Positions 58,176-64,000 of a DNA stretch of 64,000 bases are shown here, piece by piece. Location: assembly GCF_009914755.1 (NCBI RefSeq), contig NC_060942.1, one strand, 5' to 3'. The notes below the pieces were generated by a model. That model was not told the origin of the DNA and ran no database searches. It saw only the letters and a list, made by a program, of their open reading frames with translations. A program made the translations under genes and the position numbers. The first letter of the stretch is position 1. The number at the start of each line of letters is the position of its first letter. This DNA comes from the human T2T-CHM13v2.0 reference genome, Homo sapiens.

Positions 58176-58758
58176 AATCGCTTGCAGGGTTTGGGTGTTG
58201 CTGCCAACACAAACCTGTAAAACAATGGTTTTTCAAAAGGGAAAGCTTTTGAATGAACACCCGAAGGGCACAGGTTTGCTTCCCAGGTCAACTCCCTGTC
58301 ATGAGAAGCCAGCTGTGGGTTCTTGCCTCTAACCTCTGCATAGGATGAGGCCCTTCTGTACCCCTTTTAACCCCACGTCAGAGACCCTTTCATGCATTAG
58401 CAAGAACACTCACAGCTAACGTGGCTCTAAATCATTTTAATGTGGGGAAAAAAATCAAGCAACTTCTGACAATATGTGAAAAGCATGCATAGTTTTCATA
58501 CAAAGAACAGAGGGGCTGTAACAATCACTTGATCCAAACTTTTATTTTTGGTTATGTTAGGTTGTGTTTAGTTGAATGCCTCCCAAGGACACACTTAGAA
58601 GAATCACATACATCATCTGATAGCATTTAGTCAACATCACTTTACAGGGAGCACTGTGTTTACATCTCTGCAAGTGAAGGATTCCAACACGAGCACATTC
58701 ACATGGGAGAGGTGAACACGAAGAAATGCTAAACAGGACGTGCAACATCAATGTGTGC

Positions 58759-58908
58759 ATTTCCTGTGTATGGGACACCCTGCATCATGCCTCACCACCG
58801 AGCCTCGTGTGCTGTGTGGTCCATAAGTATCAACGGGTATTTCCTGTGTATAGGACACCATGCATCATGCCTCACCACCGAACCTCGTGTGCTGTGTAGT
58901 CCATAAGT
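58759..58908. repeat. 80-bp-period tandem duplication (2 copies)
   Basis: ATTTCCTGTGTAT(G/A)GGACACC...TCCATAAGT at 58759 and 58839, 4 mismatches in 70 bp. Confidence 0.95.
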
Positions 58909-60003
58909 CCCTGGGACATCCACAAGAGCCTGCTGAGTTCATTCTGGAATTCCAGGAGAAATTATGCGTTTGCAGTTTAAAGTAGAAAGAGCAGTGAACT
59001 TGGAGGAAGAGAACTTGGGGCCTCACTAGCCCAGCTCCAGCCCATCAAAAGGGCTGTGTCCACAAAGCACAACTTTCTGTGCCTCCGTTTTTCCAAACTA
59101 TAAAGCAAAGTTAAAAAATATCCCACAGACGTACCCCTAGAGGTCCTGTGACAATGAGGATAAGAGCACAGAACAGAGTGGAGAACGCCATCAATTGTCC
59201 ATGCTGTTGTTCCAATTTCGGCATGTGCAGAGTAAGGCACATAGTCCCTGACATTGGAAGATGAGAAATTCTAGATATGTTGATTGGCAAAACAATCTGC
59301 CTTAATTAATTTGCATTTGCTGGAAGCCTCATCTGCCCTTTAGAAGGTGCCGTGACAGTATATGGATCATTAAGCCAAGGCAGTGTGTTCTCCCTCCATG
59401 GGGCTGGAATTTTGGTGTGAAGAGTAAGAGAGATCAAGCTTTCTTCCTTCACTTGATTTTCTTTCTTTTCTCTTCCACTTTAGAGCAGTAAAGTGACACT
59501 TATGGAATAGATGAAGAGAGCCTGCAGGCAGCAGAGAGGTTCTTCAAATGAGCCAGTGAAGGGCCAGGAGCAGTGAAGAGGAGCTGCCTAGGTTGGAGAT
59601 GGATCAGAGGGATGAAGACATGGGTTATAAGATATAAAAGAATATCGGTGAAGTTCACACATGCTTCAGATCAGCTTAACAGGGTGGAAGTCAAAGTTCT
59701 AGCCGGGAAAAACAATTGTGTGGCTGAGCTCCCCTGGTCCTGTCTCCGGGGTGCCTTGAGCTGATGGTGGACCAGGATTCAGGATTCAGGATTCAGGCTC
59801 CTGACTTGAAAATAAGTAAATCAGTTGGATTCTAACTTTGCACCAGGGTCTATGTAGGGCCATGTAGGGCCCTAGGCACAGATTTGTTTGCATAGAACAC
59901 ATGGTGGGCAGTCAGGAATCACTGGAGGGACTCACTAATCACGTATCTCCCATCTCTAGAACACGTTGCTTGACAGATGAGAGAACCACAAGTCACCTAT
60001 GTA

Positions 60004-60480
60004 TGTGAGTCGGACCTGAAGCTACACTGAGGTTCGGTTTGTGAGACACACACATTCACGCATCCAAACCCAAAGAATGGACTCGGAGACAGGAAGAACA
60101 GCTGAAGCGAGACTTTTAATGGTGGTCTTGCAAGATCGGGTGTCTGGTAGGTGGGCACACCCACGGCAGTAACAGCAGGTAATTTATCTACTAGCAGGCA
60201 AATCCCTCCCCCAGTTCCCCACTGGTCAAGTACTGGGGGGTTACAATCTTCCTGGAAGTCGCCTAAGTTCTATTATCCGCTTATAAGATTATACCCCAAA
60301 GTTTCAATTTCCCAAAAACAAAACTTTCTTCCCTTTTATGGGCTGACCCCTCCTCTACATTCTGTTCACTTATCATAACCTAGGTGCATGAGCCATGCGG
60401 TTTGTTACATTTGCAGGCTGGCTACCAGTACTTAGATTTATCATGCCTTGAAAATGGACCATTTAAAATGTTTTCTTATA
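60004..60480 (-). mobile_element. ERV solo LTR, LTR18B-like
   Basis: Reverse complement starts TATAAGAAAACATTTTAAATGGTCCATTTTCAAGGCATGATAAATCTAAG; minus-strand ATTAAA near 60115; family assignment from memory. Confidence 0.6.
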
Positions 60481-60994
60481 AGTATGTCTGGTCATGCATG
60501 AAGAATGGGTGGGGAAAGAGTTTCTAGCCAGTGAAACAATGTACCTAATATCATCATGCCCACTGGGCCCCAATGACTCATATCAGGGAAAAGGGGGGCC
60601 CTGGGAAGAAGCTGAACAATCTATTCTCACAGCAAACTGTGGGGGACACTGTGGGGACACTGGGACTCTTGTTGGGATGTGCCAATGACAGAGTTGGGGG
60701 ACATACTCCCTCATTATGGATCACAGCTGGTATGCAGCAAGGGATGCCTCTGGAGCAGCTGAGTCTTGGTGCCTCGGGCACAGAGTCAACACTGTGAGAG
60801 TGGACCCCCTGCCCGCCATGTGTGCCCCATGGCCCTTGGCAGGCAAAAGCAGAAAAGAACAAGACTCTGTGACCTGGAGGGGCCCTGGAGATATGAGAGG
60901 CTCAGGGACAGTCAAAGCCAAGACGAATGCTCCCACGGAATGCTGTAACTTGTGTTATCTTTTTAATCTCATGGGATGAATACTACAATAATAT

Positions 60995-61240
60995 TGGCAA
61001 ACATTTATTGGGTACATGCTGTGTGCTGGGAGCTGGATTATACATATATTGTTTTATTTAATGGTAACAACAGCCCTGGGTGGTAAGCACAGTTATTCCC
61101 TCATCCTCTAGATGGGGAAGCAGAAGCTTCAGGAAGTTTGGCAACTCCCCAGGGTCATGCAGGAAGTGAGCAGCCAAGCCGATATCAAGCCCAGACAGGC
61201 TGATTCCAGGGTCCATGCTCTTGGCTCTGATCATCAAGCA
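60995..61240 (-). mobile_element. MIR SINE
   Basis: AACATTTATTGGGTAC...CCTCATCCTCTAGATGGGGAAGCAGAAGCTTCAG...CCCAGGGTCATGCAG. Confidence 0.7.
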
Positions 61241-61249
61241 AGCTGTGCC

Positions 61250-61824
61250 CAGGACTGGCTTCTGGGGCATATAACCAGGGACCTGTGCTTGGGTTCTAAT
61301 GCTCTGTGAGTGCCATCTCGAAATTCATAATGATTTTATCTTTTAATTTGTGTTTTGTAACTGAAATCCACTGGAATAGTGGAGCATGTGTCAGGGGCTT
61401 GGAGCTTTGATGGGGCTTACACACAGTACTAGCGTAAAGGTAGCAATGGCCTTGGAGTCATCCATTCATGTGGGATGGGATCACAACTACATGGGAGAGG
61501 AAATGCCAGGCTGAACCTCTTGCCCCACCAAGGCTCCACACACTAGCCCAGGATGGACAGCACTTGTGCCAGGTCATGGGGTGGCCCCCAGTGCCCATGA
61601 AGGTCTGTGCCAGCCCCACAGACGTGCCTGGACCTGAAGGAACATGATGCTATATAGTAACTAAAAATCACCATGATAGCAGAGAGAGAGAGACCCAAAA
61701 GAGAGGCAAAATCTTTCTATGGCACCTGTACCTCTAATGACATCTTTCATCTTGCTTCTTTAACAAAGAGCCTCCCTCCATTTTCATTTTACACTGGGCC
61801 TTACAAATTATGCAGCTGGCCCTG
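61250..61824 (+). mobile_element. MER45-like non-autonomous hAT (Tip100) DNA transposon
   Basis: Imperfect TIRs CAGGACTGGCT / AGCTGGCCCTG; terminal TTTTCATTTTACACTGGGCCTTACAAATTATGCAGC. Confidence 0.7.
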
Positions 61825-62259
61825 TGTGTACAAATTTCTGTGGAAACACAAAAGACCTGGCAATTAAATCTGCATGAAAAATTTGGGAAGGGGTTCATAG
61901 GGAATTTGAACTGGATAGTGATACATTTGTTTGTGTAGGTATTCATAAATATCTTTTGAATTAACAAATAACTCATGTGCAGGCCCTTGCACAATAGGAT
62001 TGGAAGATAGGCAACTGAAGCAGAGGACACAAAAGAGGCAAAGATATAAAGATTCATGCATATATTTATTTTATTACCATACATCCATTGAGTGTTTTCC
62101 TGATGCCAGGCACTGAGCTGGTCACTAAACCCCTCCAGGGAGTGGGAAAAACTCTCCAGGGGAAGCCCATGATTGATTGTGACTGGAAGCTATGATACTG
62201 GGGATGAGAGAAATGACAGTATGAAGAGAGTTGAGTTTACAACGATCAGTTTGGGGTCA

Positions 62260-62720
62260 TGTGAAGGGTGACTGCTTCAGGAAAACAGAAGTCAATCTAG
62301 GTATTCTCGGTTTAATGCAGGAAATCATTGGAGGCTTCCATAGCCTCCTGGAAGGCTGGAGGGTGAAGGGTGGAATCCAACTGCTCAAGCAGATAATTTA
62401 CAGGATACTCAATGCCACCAAAGCTTTCAGACATCTCAGCAGGAGCTGTCTCCCAAGCACAGCTGCAGGCAGCACTGAGTAGATGATGCTCAAGAATGCA
62501 CCTTCCACCTTTGTTTCTGCCATCGAATCTACTGGAGAGTAACAGTTCTCCTTATCTTCCACCTTCCAAACCTCCCTACAGTGCCTCTTGGCAGTCTTTA
62601 ACCTGGAACCCTGCAGCAGAAGGAATGCTGGTCAGTGTAGCTGCAGGCTTCTCTTCTGCAGGGCACAGGAGACTCTGGAAGAGATTGAGGCACAGTTGAC
62701 AACAGATAATTCGGCACAGC
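62260..62720. mobile_element. Ancient LTR remnant (family uncertain)
   Basis: CAGGAAAACAGAAGTCAATCTAGGTATT...GGAATGCTGGTCAGTGTAGC resembles old MaLR/LTR78-class LTRs. Confidence 0.35.
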
Positions 62721-63299
62721 CAATGCCAACCACAAAACTATCTGAGTTTTAATACTGTCCAAAGAGTTAAATGGTAGTTCAGGATTTCATTTATAAAGCT
62801 GATTATAAGCTTTGTAGTGGGTAGATGGAGGTAAGAGAAGATGGATGCAGAAAATTCATTTGGGAGGGTCTTAATTTTCTGAAGGCAATACAGAGCAGGA
62901 TTAAGTTAACACAGTGGTGGAAGACTTCCTTGAGAGACATTTTAGAAGAAGAATCAACAATAATTGATAACTAGTTGGCTTTTGGAGGGATATAAGAAGT
63001 GTGAATTTACATACTGTTGGTGTCCATGATATCAAAAATGCCATCTAAGAAAAGTCATAGAAATATGGTGTTTTCTTGTTGAATTAAGTGTCACTAGGAT
63101 CTTTTTCATACCTTTCAGTATTTGTCATCTAAAAATCAGGCTCCCGTGTCCTCATGGCAGTCATTGAGAGGGATGCTAAAGAACATGTGCCCTCTGCAGC
63201 CTCATACAAATTAGTCCACTCACCTCCACTGCATTTCACCTCAAACCTGACTTTTCATTGTCATCCAGGTGTCTGCTCCTCCTTTGGTGTTTCTCTTAC

Positions 63300-63970
63300 T
63301 CAGGAGATGCCCCTCCCATTATGCCTCCTAGAAATCTGGAAGCTAGCCTTTGCCTTCAGCCCAGTTCCCATCCTGTCTAAGCCATGACAAAATCTAGCCA
63401 CTTCTGCCTCTTAAATATATATTGATATTGACCACTTTTTGCCTTCTTTCCACCACCCTTTCAGACCAATTCACCATCTTCTTGCCCCCCAAACTATAAG
63501 AGACTTCCCCTTCCAATCCACTCTCCACCCAAAAGCCATGATAGGCTTTGAGAAACAGAGTTTAGATAATGTCATAATCTGCTTTGAAAAACCTTCAATG
63601 TATTATGTTTTCACTTAGCATTAGGAATAGAAGTCCTGGCCCTAACATAACCCATACATCCTGCATTTCTGGCTGCTACACAGCACTCCAGTACAATTCT
63701 GAACCATTCTGAGCCTCACCATTCTTTACCTACACTTCTACTCTCATTTTTTCTACTAAGCCAAGTTCCTTCCTTTGAAATGTCCTTCCCCCTCCATTCC
63801 CCTGGCAAGCTTCTACTTTTCCTTCAGACTTCGGCTTCTATATTACTTTAGGTAACAAGTCCCTGACCCCCTTCCTCCAAATCTAAATCAGGACTCTCAT
63901 TTTTAAAATGTTAACTTGTTGCTATATATCTATTTGTGTTGGTATTCATTAAATATCTTTTGAATTGACA
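63300..63970 (+). mobile_element. L2 fragment
   Basis: CT-rich decayed L2 (CCAATCCACTCTCCACCC, AAACCTTCAATG, ATTAAATATCTTTTGAATTGA). Confidence 0.6.
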
Positions 63971-64000
63971 CATAACTCATGAAGAGACCTTCTCATTTGT

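Noticed and set aside
59773-59797. (CAGGATT)x3.5 repeat
   Set aside because: Trivial short slippage repeat.

Overview
Primate genomic DNA, most likely human or great ape, judged from the Alu S/Y/Yb-lineage and L1PA elements. I found no credible protein-coding gene, RNA gene or CRISPR-like system. The recognisable ORFs in the track are Alu or LINE-1 translations, and the rest resemble no protein I know. Layout: (1) 0.2-29.6 kb is a retroelement-dense, nested block. An old plus-strand L1M hosts three Alus, a ~6.1-kb antisense L1MA, MLT2 and MER57-like solo LTRs and young L1PA fragments. (2) ~29.9-49.1 kb is a repeat-poor island with an enhancer-like GATA/AP-1/FOX motif cluster, a G4/GC-box patch and several weak exon-like segments. 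(3) 49.15-56.53 kb is a full-length, decayed L1MA with a 14-bp TSD. (4) 56.5-64 kb is unique DNA plus an LTR, MIR, a MER45-like element and L2. The most unusual structure is an Alu-71bp-Alu composite bracketed by a single TSD, whose two Alus share non-consensus substitutions. Subfamily names come from recall of consensus sequences, and boundaries of old repeats are approximate.
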